Counted from the first letter of the stretch, positions 9,715-23,360 are shown. The stretch: 63,586 nucleotides of DNA from Hydrolagus colliei (GCA_035084275.1 CM068771.1:5208415-5272000); one strand, 5' to 3'. The notes: generated from the sequence alone by a model not told the origin. A program made the numbers and translations.

Positions 9715-12700
9715 TTATTTGGGAGTGATGGTGAGCCAGGTGTCCTGATCCCAGGTGTAAAAGAAGGGGTAGAGAGGCTCGGTGACGTCGGCGGTGAGGG
9801 TGAAGGTGTGGAGCAGAGAGACCGTGTCAACGCTGTAGAAGGAGATCTTGCGCTCATCATAATCAAGAAGAATCCCCACCTTGCAGGGAATTTGCTCCCT
9901 GATGTTCTCGTGTGGGGTGGTGTTGATCTCAAATCGGACACCAAGACGGAGGATAGTCCAAAAGCCATTGGTTGGTGTCAGGGCCACGAAAGCCTTGCGT
10001 TCCACAGATGCCCTGGCCACTCCAATGACCCACTGATTGTTCCCTTCCACGTTAACCTCCCAGTACCATTTTCCTGATGTGCAACCTACATCTCCTAACA
10101 CACATTCCCGACCAGTGAAACAGTCCTTGCTTGGATCGACCACCTTTCTCGTGGTTCTCTTTTTCACTCTCTTCCGATTTTCGCTCAACTCCAGTCTGGG
10201 ATCTGCCGTACCTTCATCCAGCGTCACATTGACTGGGATGGACACAGAGGGAACAGTTTGGTTAGTAGAGGGTGTCTGACCCACACGGGAACCACGTCAC
10301 TGTGATGGACCAGGTGCTGAGGAACCATGCTTAGAATTACGTAAGAACATAAGAATAAGGAGCAGGATTAGGCCATCCAGCCCCTCGAGCCTGTCCCGCC
10401 ATTCAATAAGATCATGGCTTATCTTCTAATCCAATTCCTGCCCCCACCCGCCTTATCCCCATCTCCCTTAATCCCTCTTATCCATAAGAAAACTTACCAA
10501 TTCTCACGCAATTTCTCTCCTCCTCAGCAGACAAGACACAAAAAACAAATGCTCATAAATTAAATACGGTAATATAAATTCGCCAAAAGCGAAACTTCTT
10601 ACCAAAATACTGGAGTAGGTTATCTCTTGCTGTAAAAAAGACAAAGAAATAATATTAAAGTCAGCGAATGCGTTCAGTTCTCCCTCGATTCAGGAAACGG
10701 CAGCAATTTCATTTTTATTGAAAGCGAACAATTTTTAGTTTCCGTATTTTAGGACCTGGAGAGGATGCAGAGAAGATTTATTGCCTCCTGTAGCTCAGTG
10801 GTTAGAGCACTCGTCTTACAAGTGTGAGACCTGTGTTCGAATCCAGGCAGGTCAGGGCGAAATCTTAGGCAAGTTTCCTTACTCCACAAACACACAGACA
10901 CGCCTAATAAAAACACTCTTGCCAAACAAAAACAAGAATAAATTGGTCATTTCAGCTCCAATCCTGCGTTCGAATCCAGGCAGGTCAGGGCGAAACCTTG
11001 GGCAAGTTTGCTTACTCCACACACACACACACACACACACGCGCGCCTAAAAAAAACCACAATAATAAAATTGTTCATTTGAATCCACGACTGTTTGTGG
11101 GGGACGCTGCTGTGCGCAATCGGCTGTGAAGCGCTTTGAGACGCCGATAAGATGTGAAAAGCGTTTATCAAATGCAAGGATTATTATGTATTATTATTCT
11201 TGTTGTGGAGTCCGTGGTGAGCAGAGCACCCCCGTCACAACCCATCAATCTACTAACCGCAGAGTTCCCACTTACTGCTGGTAAACAGATGGTTGAGGAG
11301 TTTGCGTAACCTACAAATCGATCCTGGATCCTCTCACTCGCGAGGCAAGCTTTCTAACCACTAACCGGTTTCTCTGTCTCTTACCTTCAGCTCTGAGAAT
11401 GCGCTGTACATCTGTAAAGAGAGGCACAAAATGGAATTAATTCACGGTACCTAGATAGTTAGATTCACAATACCCTCACATCTCAGAGCTTCACAACTCT
11501 TTGCTCTCACAAACATACTTATTATTATTATTATTATACAGACACTTATTCATATCTCCGAGCCATGACGTGGTTGTGATCAGGGCAGAGAACACACATA
11601 CATGAAATGAATTTACTGTAACAAAATATTGTACCTTGTTTCCCAAGTAGTTTCTCTCTCTCTGTAAAGAAAATACAGAGAAAATGTGTTTATCCGGTGA
11701 GTTTATGGAGAAAATTTCAGGTAGACCCCGATTAACGTCATAGTTTGGTCCTTGAAAAGAGCGACTTTAAGCGAAACGAGGTTAAGCGGATATGTTTTTC
11801 CCACAAAGAATGAATGTTAGGTTCTTTTGGACATTTTTCATCAAAATTTTCTTTAAAAAAACATATAATACTCACTCCCTGACAGAGTGGCTCACTCACT
11901 CAGGTCAGCCTAGAATGTGAGCTCAAAAAATCCCACACAATCGGAGCTTGAACCCCCATCGTTCGGACTCGGAGGCGAGAGAGTGACTGAGTCACAAGAT
12001 CAAACAAATTAACAGATGAAAATCCCAAATTCGAACCATTGAGATTAGATTTACCTGATTTTTCAGCTTTTAACTCTTTTCCTGAGGGGGAAAAAAACAC
12101 ACATAAATGAGGAAACTTACAAAGTTAGAATTATTCCTTAAATAGAGCGAATTTCACAACTGGAGGATGTCTCAAAGGGTTTACCGCAAATTTAGAGGCT
12201 GTTCTGTAAGTGAATTGGGGTGCCAATTTCTACCATTTTGCCCACAAATATACAGTCACTTCGCTTTACAATATATTCTGTGAAGCGCTTTGAGACGTGG
12301 ATAAGATGTGAAGAGCGCGACATCAAATGCAAGGATTATTATTGTTACGGCACAATCACGCTCTCCTTATCGGCCTTCCCAACACTTCCCTCAACAACCT
12401 GCTGTTCTCCCTCACCAGGACCCCATCAGACCCCATCCTGTCTCGGCTCCAGGCCCCATCCCTCAGAGGATCCCAGTTCAAAGTTTTCATCCTCATCTTC
12501 ATTGACTTGCTCCCTCCTACGCGGGCGACCTACGAACCCCTTTATCTACCTGTCCGCTCCCTCTGCTGAGCAAGCTCCGTGTACGCCATCTGAGACACTG
12601 TACCTTTCCTTATTTGGTATCTTCTCACCCCGAGGATTGTCGCTACGACGGCGATGAGGACGAGAGCCGAGCAAACCCAGAATGCCACCATCCAGGGAGA

Positions 12701-14943
12701 GGCTCGGGGGAAGAATTCATCTGGGGGGAAAAAATACACAAGGTACAGGAAAACGCCACACAAAAAAACCTCAGCGTTTCAAAGTTCCTCAGCAGAGAGT
12801 TGGCAACTCTGAGATGATGAGACAACCGTAAGGGAACTCGTCCAAGGTTTCGTCCTGACTGGGAATCGAACCCAGGTCTGTGGCTTGTAAGGCGAGTGCT
12901 CTGACCACTGAGCTATGGGGCTCCATCCTCGTCCTCAAGCCATTGATGGGAGATGTCGAGGAGTGAGGTCGGAGCAGGGGCAAGGTAATGTGGACAATTC
13001 CCTCCCGACAATTCAAGATCCTCTCACTCATTTACAAATCCTTTCACGGTCTCCTGGTTGTCCCTAGTTCCCTCTATGTTTCCTTACTCCATAAGCCTAA
13101 CAGTAATCCATCCCTAAAAACACCCACAATGATAAACATTGGTCATTTTAATCCACGACTGTTTGTTGGGGGGACGCCGCTGTGCGCAATTGGCTGCCGC
13201 GTTTCGCCCACAAATACACAGTCAATTCACTTCACAGTACATTCTGTGAAGCGCTTTGAGACGTCGATAAGATGTGAAAAGCCACTATATCAAATACAAG
13301 GATTATTATATTATTACACCGTCAGTGGCCACACTTTCAGCCACTACTTCCCAAATCACTGTCGCTCTCTCCTTGATACCCTCCGCCTTGCCCAATCCCT
13401 CCCTTCACCCTTCGACTTCCTCCCTCTCTCTCTCAAGCTCCGCCACTGTCACTGCCCTAGTTGAGGGGCTGAATATACGTGTGTGTTGTGGTTGTACCTG
13501 CAATGCGGACGGTAATCTGAAGCTTGGATTTGAGCACAGGGTTCGTGATGAGACAGGAAAACTTGTTGGTCTGCCCTGAGGCCACCCTGACGCTGCTGTC
13601 TACTCTCCACAGGCCCCCAGGCTCCTCCAGCTGGTTCTCAGCCGCTCCCTCCAGGTCCTGACGGCTGCCATCCAGCCAGTTGACCTGGGGTTTGGGGTAC
13701 CAGCCCTGCGACCTGCACACCAGCCTCACCCGATCCTCGCTCACCCCTTCCAGGTCAATCCAGGGCTGGAGACCGGTCACTGTGGACAAACGTTACAACA
13801 AGAATGACACCCCCCTGGGGCTCTGTGCGCGGGAAGTGATGACGGCAGCCACTGTGCGCAGGAAGTGATGATGATGATGGTGGGAGGGCATGGCTCACTC
13901 ACAGGAAGGTCAAATCGCCTTTCCCAGGGCAAAGCACATGCACAGGAAGTGATGTCAGCAGGATAACGAAGTTCCCACACGCAGGAAGTGATGTCAGCCG
14001 GCCCCCGCAAATTGCCCCATGTTTTTGGATGCCCTGCTCACATACTCCGAGGGATGGAGTGGGGAGAGTGGAGGGGGTGGGGTGGGGGGAGGGGGGGGGG
14101 GTGAGTGTGGCGAGAATGGGGGAAGGCCTTAAACTATTGACGTGGAGAGAGAGGGGAATGGAAATCACCTACTTGTAACTTCCAGGTCGATCACCGCCTC
14201 GTCATCTTCGGTGGAGGAGCTGACAAAACACTTGTATTTTCCTTCGTCTGAAATCGTGACGGAGCGAAGACGGAGAGAGACGTTGCCAGCGGCGATTTGC
14301 TCAGGGAACAGCCTGGCCCGGCCCTGGTAGCCGGAGCCCAGGTCATCCCCGCGAGGGTCCACCTCCCGGTGCTGATAGATCAGGTTCATCCACAAGGACT
14401 TGAACCACCGCACCTCCATATTCACTGGTTTCCCCGGGGTTATCCAACACGGCAACGTGACGTCCTTCCCAACCACGGCAATAACCGACTGCTTTGGTCC
14501 ATTCACAGTGAAGCCAGCTGTGAAGAAAATAATCATATTAATGCGGTCACTCAACCCAGTTAAAGATCTCCCACGGAGCCAATAATCCATCCCAAAAAAA
14601 ACCAACAACGGCAAAAAAAATTGGTCATTTCAACCCACTGTTGGCTGTTTGTGGGGGACGCTGCTGTGCGCAATTAGCTCACACAAAGCTAATTGCGCAA
14701 TTCACCCACAAATGTACAGTCAATTCACTTTACAGTATATTCTGTGAAGCGCTTTGAGACATCGATGAGATGTGAAAAGCGCTATATCAAATTTATAAAT
14801 TTATTCTTCACTCCAGTAGCAAATTTATAAAGTAGCACATATCTCAGTAACAGGAGGTACAATTCAATACAGAAAAAGTACTCACCAGAGACTGAGAGAT
14901 GAATCACCAACAGGATGGCCTCAACTGAACGTCTCAGGTCCAT
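9715..14943 (-). CDS. Butyrophilin-like receptor BTN-A (signal peptide, IgV, IgC, TM, three 27-nt stalk exons, B30.2), intact, 466 aa
   Basis: Exons 14886-14943 (58 nt, MDLRRSVEAILLVIHLSVS), 14173-14517 (345, IgV LPCW...WF...DEGKYKC), 13498-13779 (282, IgC), 12604-12720 (117, TM), 12055-12081, 11385-11411 and 10603-10629 (27 each), 9715-10232 (B30.2 with WYWEV and LDYD). All have GT/AG ends and phase 1. Total 1401 nt, open frame. Confidence 0.92.
10787..11200 (+). mobile_element. DeuSINE-like element (tRNA-like head, partly duplicated; Deu core; 3' tail)
   Basis: Head TAGCTCAGTGGTTAGAGC..GTTCGAATCC, core TGTTTGTGGGGGACGCTGCTGTGCGCAATCGGCTG, tail GAAGCGCTTTGAGAC..TGTGAAAAGCG..ATCAAATGCAAGGATTATTA. 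Further copies near 13130, 14620, 15140, 20130, 36510, 37855, 43185, 44800(-), 52190(-) and 55790. Confidence 0.8.
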
Positions 14944-16695
14944 CGTAAATGAGTCCGGACTCCGCCAGATATCATCACTGCAGCGAGACCGGGCAATAAA
15001 ACAACATAAGAACAACCATAATTTGGCTCGCTCATTTCACTGTGATATCTCAAAGCCCCTCATAATGCGTTCCACTGACTGTGTTTCGATAAAAGTACAG
15101 AAGGAGGCCATTCGGCCAATTGTGAAGTCCAGTAAAGTCTCGCCTTTACAAGCGTGAGACCCGTGTTCGAATCCGGCAGGTCAGGGCGAAACCGTGGGCA
15201 AGTTTCCTTACTCCACACGCACGCCTGATAATAATCCGTCCAAAAAAAGAAACGCAGTAAAAAAAAAGTGGTCATTTCAATCCACGACCGTTTATGGGAT
15301 ACTGCACATTGACTGTGTGCAATCGGCTGACGCGTTTCACCCACGAATATACAGCCAATTCACTTTACAGTATGTTTTCTGAAGTGCTTAAGGGCCTAAG
15401 GGCACTTAATGCTACCATATGCTATGTAACAATTGCCTGAATACACACTAGAGTCTCGGCCTCAAACGACAGGGGAGTAGATTCACCAATGCTTCACAGT
15501 AAAGATGTCCTATTCTCTGGTGACAAACACGACAGTCGTAGTATTTTACCGCTGAGCGACTTACGATAGATGCCAGATTCAGGTTGTCTCCTGGTGTCTC
15601 AGGTGTGTTTTGGCTTCCAGATTCCAGGCTTCCTGTGAGAGCTGAAAGGGGAGAATGTCGCTCACTAAATCCCAACGCGGAGTTTGCGAGATCTCTGACG
15701 CCCAATGAAGGCCAAAGTTTCCTCGATCCATGCCTTATTTGGAAGTTTATTAGCTGTGCTGTAAGCTTGAGCTTTGTATCGTTGAGCATCAGTGAGCTTT
15801 GTGTCAAATTATCACTGAACTTTGATGCTTTGGCTGGTGCCACTCCTGGTAAAGTGATCATTTATTAACTCTCTGCTCCCCTGCCCGCCAACTCTGCGTC
15901 CTGTGTTCGAATCCAGCAGGTCAGGGTGAAACCATGGGAGGGAAGGGGGGGATTAGGAGTCGGATGGTACCATTGATGAGGAAAGTCTTGAGGCGGGACT
16001 TGAAGGTGGTCAGGGAGGGGGCGAGCAAGATGGAGGGACTGCGGGATGGAGTTCCAGAGGTTGTGGGGGCAGAGTGGCTAAAGGCTCGCCCGCCAATGGT
16101 GGGGCTGGTGGGTTGGGGGGACGTAGAGCAGGCCAGAGCCTGCTGAGCAGAGGAAGGGGGCGGGCAGGTTGGCAAGGGGTTAGAAGGTCACGGATGTAGG
16201 GTAGGGGGGTGAGGATGTGGAGGGCTTTGAACGTGAGGACCAGGATCTTGAATTGGATCCTCTGGGTGATGGGACGCCTAGGTTCCTGACTTGCCTGGAG
16301 AGGTTGAGTGAGGAACCGTGGAGGTTGATGCTACCAGTACCTGATGCGTGAAGCCACAGACGCGAGCCAATCAGTATACAGAGGGTGTCACTGTCAACCC
16401 CATGTTATCAGTGTTGTGTAGATTGTCAACCCTCAGGTTAGTGAACAAACAGAAGCCTTTCCCACTGAACCACAATCACAGTCTAAACCACAACATCCTG
16501 GGCTGACCTGGGATCAGACGCTTTATTGTGGGCAAAGTTTACACATTGGGTACAGTCCAGACACCAACACCATGGACCCACAGAGCTCTGGCTTTTCTGC
16601 CTGTGATCCCCGACTCCCCCCAACACTGTGTTTCCGTGAACAACAGACAGTGAATCACATGGAAACTGAGGTGAATCCACGTCACTGTTAATGTG

Positions 16696-19600
16696 TTATA
16701 ACCGGCAGATTCTCAGCGGCTCAGAGTTTTCCCCGCCATCGTTATCACCGGGATCGAAGAGAGGATAGAGTTTCTCAGTGAAAGTTTGGGTGTAAGTGTA
16801 GAGATGAGACATGTGATCAGCGTCGTAAACTGACACCTGTCCCCCCTCATAGTCCAGGTAAACTCCGACCTTCCCGGGTCTCACTGTCAGGGGCAGGTGG
16901 GTGGGGGGTGACGTCAGAGCCACATAGACCCCGCCCCACAGCCTCACCACCCAGACCCCGCCCTCTGGTGACCATGTGATTGGTTGTTTCCTGTTGACAG
17001 ACTCTCTGGCCAATCCCACAATCCACCTTGTCTTGTTCCCCACCTGCACCTCCCAGTAATGTCTCCCTGATGTGAAGCCCTCAGACCCCAGGACAAAGGG
17101 ATATTTACTAAACCTCTTTGGGGTGTCAGGGAGCGGCTGCCGTTTGTCTCCGAGTCTCACACTGGTCAGGTCCTCAGACAGGATGAGCTCGGGATGGGCT
17201 GTGTCAGGATCCAGGGTCAGAGAGGCCGGAGCTGAGAGAGAAACAGTGGAGTGAAAAACGCTCACACAGCGCCTCCTGCTGACAGTAATGCGGTACTACA
17301 ACAATAACAAAATTAAACCTTTGACATCAGGTGGACCCGAGCTGGGGGGGGGGAGGGGGAAGGAGTTGCCAATGGGTCCATCGAAGAGGACAGTCTTGAG
17401 GTGAGATTTAAGGCCAGGGAGAGACCGAGGTGAAGGGACTTCAGGATGGAGTTCCAGAAGTTGGGGGCAGAGTGACTGAAGGTTCACCCGCCAATGGTTC
17501 CATGGGTGGGTCGGGGACATGGAGCAGGCCAGAGTCTGCTGGACGGAGGAGGCGGGCAGGTTGGTAAGGGGATAAGAGCTCATGGATGTAGGGTGGGGGT
17601 GAGGTAGTGGAGGGCTTTAAATTTGAGGACCAGGATCTTGAATGATGGGGAGCCAATGGAGTCGGGCGAGGATGAGGGAAATGGGATCACGGAGTTTGGA
17701 ATGGTAGAGGACACAGGCCACAGAGTTCTGGATTATCTGCAGCCTGCGGAGGGAGGAATTGGGAAGGTCGACCAGCAAGGCATTTGCATAATCAAGCCGG
17801 GATGTAATGAAGGCGTGGATGAGGGTTATGGCAGCCTTAGGGGTAATGACAGAGTCAGGAAATGTTGCGGAGGTGGGGAAAGGCAGAGCAAGTCATTGCT
17901 TGGATGTGGGGGAGGAAAGACAGTTGAGGGTCGAACAAGACACCTGGGTTCCTGACTGGATTGGTGAGGTGGAGTGAGCAACCGTGGAGGTTGATACACC
18001 AGTCCCTGGCTGCCTCAACAAGAGTAAAGAGCCCTGGGCTGGGGCCCTGCGGTGACATTTCATTGCCAACAATGTTTAATGTGTTAGGATCCAGGTGAAG
18101 GTCAGACTATTCACACACCTTCAGTCTGAGAATGGGAGACATTTACCTGTGGTGAGGCTGTGTAGCATCTCTCTCCAGGCTGTGTACTGTACCGGCCCAT
18201 TGTATATCCCCACAGGCAGATGACCCTCAGATACTGACAGCTGAAAATCCTCATCACTGATCCTGGAATAAGAGACTGTGATTATAAAGTGAAATTACAC
18301 CTTGTTGTGTTTGGTTTGTGTAGTAAATTCTGGGGATATTTTGTAAAGAACATTTCATACCTTCTCTTCCGAGCAGCTTCCTCCTAATGAGATAAAACAC
18401 AGACAGGTCTGAGCTGACACTGAGACACAACAACAACAACAACAACAACAAAATGACACTTGTCTAGCGCCTTTCACGTCAGGGGGACGTCCCAAGGCGC
18501 TGGACAGTTACTGCTTCAGACCTGAGTTGAGGACAGGGATGGTTGGAGGGGGGGTGGGGGGGGAAGGGAAGGCAAGGAGGGGATTAGGAATTATCGATGG
18601 GTCCATCGGAGTGGAGAGTCTTGACGTGAGACTTGAAGGAAGCCAGGGAGGGTGCGAGCGAGGCGGAGGGGACTGGGAGTTCCAGAGGTTGGGGGTAGAG
18701 CGGCTGAAGGCTCACGCGCCAACAGTGGGGCGGGTGAGACGGTGGACGTGGAGCAGGCCAGAGCCTGCTGAGCGGAGGGAGGGGCGGCCAGGTTATAATA
18801 ATAATAATCCTTGCTCTTGATATAGGTCTTTTCACGTCTTGCGACGTCTCAAAACGCCTCAGAGTATACACCGTGAATTGAATTGACTATTTGTGGGCGA
18901 AAAGGCGATTGGTAAGGGAGGTCATGGATGTAGGGTGGGGTGGGGTTGTGGAGTGTCCCCGGATGTTGGCTTTACAGGGACACTGCAGGCCCTGGGAGTG
19001 ACTGATGTGGGTTCAGTTCTGTACTGAGTGACAGCAGCCGATTCACTATCAGAATATACCAAATAATCAATAAAATCACTGGGCTGTTTGACAGTCAGAC
19101 TTTGCTCCAGACTGTGTGTAACTTTTACTGAACTCAGTTATAATTTCATCTCTTTACCTGCAGAAAGGTGAGCGTGTCTTTTTCCATCGGTTTCTGTAAA
19201 CATGAGAGTTTTTGCTGAACAGAAGCTAATTTGCCCTGAATTGCTCGCAAATTTTTCTCCATTCGGTGTAAAGTCTTCCTCTCTCGCTGTCTGAGCTCTC
19301 GGATTACACGCTGCTCTCTGTCAGTGAGGCTCTGGTGCAGTTTAGCAAACTCAGCCGTGACATTGTTCTCCAGACTGTTCACCTGTTTCTGCAAAATGAA
19401 GTGTCAGACATCACACTGCGCACGGTAAAGAGAGAAACACGACTGAGATTCTAGACATCAGCCCCAACACAACTTACCTTAACTTGTGAGATCTTTTGTT
19501 TCTGTTTAACTTCAGCTTGTAGAGCAGCGGCCTTGCTCTGTGTGAGAGAAGCTAAGGAGGATTTCACTTTCTCCTGGAATTAAACACAAACACACAGAGG

Positions 19601-20892
19601 GAAAGCGTTTAAATGTGAAAATATGATACCAATACCTCACCCCCAAAAGCCACTGAAACCCTGGTCCATGCCTGTGTCTCTTCACGGCTGGACTATTCCA
19701 ATGCCCTCCTCGCCGGTCTCCCCTCCACCACAATCCATAAAATCCAACTTATTCCAAACTCTGCCACCCGCATTCTCACCCGCACCAAACTTCACTCCCC
19801 CATTACCCCAATCCTTGCCAGACTTCACTGGCTCCCTGTCCCCGAGAGGATCGACTTTAAGATCCTCACCCTTGTCTTCAAATCCCTCCACTCCTCTGCA
19901 CCCCCCCTACCTCTCTGATCTCCTCTCTCCTCAAACCAGCTCCCATTGCCTTCGCTCCACTGGGTCTGGCCTCCTCCAGGTCCCCAAATCCTTTGGTCAC
20001 CTTTCTATCCCTGTCCCCTGGCTCGGTCCCAGGATCCGTTAGTGTGAAGCGTTCTGAGACGCCGTCCGGCATGGAGGGCGCTATATAAATCGAAGTTGTT
20101 GTTGTTGTATAAGTCCTGTATGTACTAAGTCCTCTAGCTTAGTGGTTGGAGCATTTGCCTTACCAGCGAGAGACCTGGGTTTGATTCCCAGCAGGGCAAA
20201 ACTTTGGCAAAGTTTCCTTACGCCACAACGCCTGATTGTTCACTCAAGAAAAAAAAAGATAATTAGTTGGTCATTCAGTCCACAGCTGATTGTGGGACAC
20301 GGCTCTGCGTAACTAGCTCCTGCGTTTCTCTGACAAGCATACAGTCAATTCACTTTACAGTATATTCTGTGAAACGCTTTGAAACACAGTATAGATGTGA
20401 AATCCGCTCTTTCAAATGCAAGGTTTATTATTATTATCATTATCAAGTGGAATAGAATTAATCCAGTGTGAGGGTTACTGTTACCTTATATAATTCAACA
20501 GCTTCGTCAATGGGCAGGAAGCTGTGACCTCTGTGTTCTCGTGCATCTCTGCAGATGTAACAGATCAACTTCTTGTCAGTCTCACAGAACAGCTTCAGTT
20601 GTTCCTGGTGTTTCTCACAATGTTTAATTCCTGTTTCTTTCGTGTCCAGGTGTAATTCCCGAGCTTTCTCTGACAGATTTGCCAGGGCCCGGTTGGCCTT
20701 GAGGTTCCTTTCAGGTAAAGTCTGCTGACATACAGGACAGGAGCTCGGTCCCTGCTTTTCCCAGCTCTGTGTGATACAGGAGCGGCAGAAACTGTGGCTA
20801 CAATCCAGGAGAACGGGATCAGTAAAGAGATCCAGACAAACAGGACAAATTAACTCCTCGGTCAGACTGTGAGCCTGGTGTTGAGAAGCCAT
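16696..20892 (-). CDS. TRIM-A: RING, B-box2, coiled coil, PRY/SPRY E3 ligase (TRIM39/TRIM69-like class), intact, 469 aa
   Basis: Exons 20485-20892 (408 nt, C3HC4 RING and B-box), 19478-19573 (96), 19158-19388 (231), 18361-18383 (23), 18147-18262 (116), 16696-17231 (536, LDPDTAHP...GRHYWEV...LDYEGG). This is the canonical TRIM-B30.2 exon series. Total 1410 nt, open. AATAAA(-) at 16522-16527. Confidence 0.93.
17290..18010 (-). mobile_element. L2-type LINE fragment in TRIM-A intron 5 (further pieces at about 15930-16340, 18450-18800, 19640-20110)
   Basis: [18 protein letters not shown] and [11 protein letters not shown] motifs plus the L2 tail ending in TTG repeats. Confidence 0.75.
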
Positions 20893-23035
20893 TTTACCCT
20901 CAGCACCTCAAAACTGCTTTCAGTTTCCTGGTTTGTGAGGAGGTGGCTTCTCCCTGACAGTCAGTCAGAGATGCTGTTTAGCTCCGCCTGTAATCTTTAT
21001 TTATTAACTTAGTCCATCCTGAGCACAACTACAGACAGGTTAGGGACCAGGAGAAAGGAAAGTGAGTCAACGTTTCGGGTCAACGACCCTTTGTCAGAAC
21101 TGGGGCACATTGGGAGGGAGAGGTTTTTTAACGATAAGTTAGAATCGGGTGTGGGGGGAGGGGGAGGCAGGACAAGGAAGACGAAGGAGACAAAGAAGAC
21201 AGAAAAAGAAGAGAAAGGAGAAAATGTGTTAATTGATGGGTTAAAGAGGTGATAGCGACGTGAAACAACAAGGTGGGTGGGTTTAAACAAAACTGGGGAG
21301 AAGAGGTGTTAATAGTGAAGAGGCAGACAACGCACCGGAGAGGCAAGGGGTGTCTTGGAGAGACATGAGACGTGAACCTTTGAGAGGTTCCTGTTCACTG
21401 AGACAGAAGAACGGGAGGCCACAGGTTTAGACTTCACAGTGGGGATAAGTCAGGCCCAGTGATCATCCCCCCAGTATCCACAGCCCCTACACACCCCTCC
21501 CCACCCCGTAGCTACAGCCCCTACATATAGCCCCCTACCCACAGCCCCTAAACACCCCCCCACTACACACAGCCCCTACACGCCCCCATACACACAGTCC
21601 CTACACACCCCACCCAGTACCTACAGCCCCCTCCCCGCTCTTCCCCCCTCACACCTCCAGCCCTCCCATCCCCACACACCACACCAGACAGATGCCACCC
21701 TCCAATATACATTACCCCCACCCCCACATACACACATGCCCCTTCTCCACCCCTCCCATTGGGGTCAGTTAGAGAGGAGAGCAGCCCCCCAAACCCCATT
21801 GGGGACAGTTAGAGAGGGGCCCACTGAGTGGAGGGAACAGATAGGGTTAGGGTTATGTTGAAGATTGAGGGGTAATCTGATTAAGGTGTTTAAAATGATA
21901 AAGGGATTCGATTGAGAAATGAGGGGTAGAGAAAGTATTTTCTTTGGTGGGGGAATCCAGAACAATCGTAAAAGTAAAGCCAAAATATTTAGAAGTGAAA
22001 TCGGGAAGGATTTATTCATAAAAAGGCGAGTAGGAAACTGGAACTCTCTCCGCAGAAGCCTGTGGTTGACGCTTGGGTTCGTTCACATCGTCAAGACTGG
22101 TTTGTTAGGTCAGGGTACATAGGGATATGGGGCAATGCCGGGTAATCGGAGTTGAAGTCCAGATGTGCCATAGAATGGGAGCACAGGCTTGAGTGACTGA
22201 ATAGCCTTCTCCTGTTCCTTTGTGGAAACAGCCAAACTGTCAAATCTTGTCAAACCCTTGTGGCATTGAACACCTGGATAGGTGTGTTTGCTGTTGTTGT
22301 GTGTGGTACACCCTGCCTAGTAAGGTGTTAGAGACGGGGTACACTGTGAGGTTGGACAAACTACACCAACAACAGGAGTGTAGTCTGACTATACGTTGAA
22401 CATACCCGTTGTGTTCTGGTCTCAATGGGAGTGATGCTAAGCCAGTTCTCCGGATCCCAGGTGTAAAAAAAGGGGTAGAGAGGCTCGGTGACATCAGCGG
22501 TGAGGGTGAAAGTGTAGAGCAGGGAGAAATTGTCGACTTTGTAGAAGGAGATCTCGCCCGCATCATAATCAAGAAGAATCCCCACCCTTTTGGGAAATGT
22601 CTCCCTGATAACCTTGTGGGGGCTGCTGTTGATCTCAAATTGGGTGCCAAGACGTACGATAGACCAGTAACCATTCTTTGGTGTCACAGCTGTAAAATTC
22701 TTGCGATCCGCAGACTCACTGACCACTCCGATGACCCACTGATTGTTCCCCTCCACCTCAACCTCCCAGTACCATTTTCCTGATGTGCAACCCACGGTTC
22801 CCAACACACATTCACGATTGGTGAACCTGAACTCGGTCAGAGTGACCTTCCTTTCTCTTCTTTCCTTTCTCACTCTCTTCCGATCTTCGCTCAGCACTAG
22901 TCTGGGATTTGCTGTTTTTTCATCCAGTATTATGTTGACTGGGATGGACACAGAGGAAATGTTTAGTTAGTAGAGGATCACAAGGTGTCTGACCCACGCA
23001 GAATCTCAGCAAGTGTCTGACACACACATGCAAAC

Positions 23036-23360
23036 TAGGGTCCGGAAATATATCGATATATCGCTAAAACCCGACATAATTTTCATATCGGTACTCATTT
23101 AAAAATATCGATATATCGAAAAAGTCGATATATTGAAAAAATGGGGATGTGTGCACACTGAACTACAAGACGCAGAATGCTCATCTCTATACACAATGCA
23201 CAGACCGAGGTTACTGTTGAGTGTATTATTAATATGGTGTATTATTAATATGGTATGTTTTAAAATAAGCTAATTTTTTGTGTCGGATTTTCGGCAACTT
23301 GCCGTCCGATTATCCGGCACAGTCAATTAGTCGACCCCTTGGAGGGTGCCGGATGAACAG
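23036..23360. mobile_element. Probable DNA-transposon (hAT-like and Tc1/pogo-like) non-autonomous remnants
   Basis: TAGGG start with repeated ATATCGATATATCG sub-terminal motifs; the right end reads TACGGTAAAAGCCTGTTCATCCGG on the minus strand. Absent from the paralogous BTN-A intron. Confidence 0.45.

Noticed and set aside
10787-10860. tRNA-Val(TAC)-like genes (also at 943, 36510, 37855, 43185, 55790)
   Set aside because: A and B boxes are present but the acceptor stem pairs only partly, and each continues into a SINE linker or body; these are SINE heads.
15448-15861. 137-aa minus-strand ORF upstream of BTN-A with a CxxC..H..C stretch
   Set aside because: No recognisable domain, non-ATG start and no convincing splice sites; probably chance or an old repeat, though a BLAST check is cheap.
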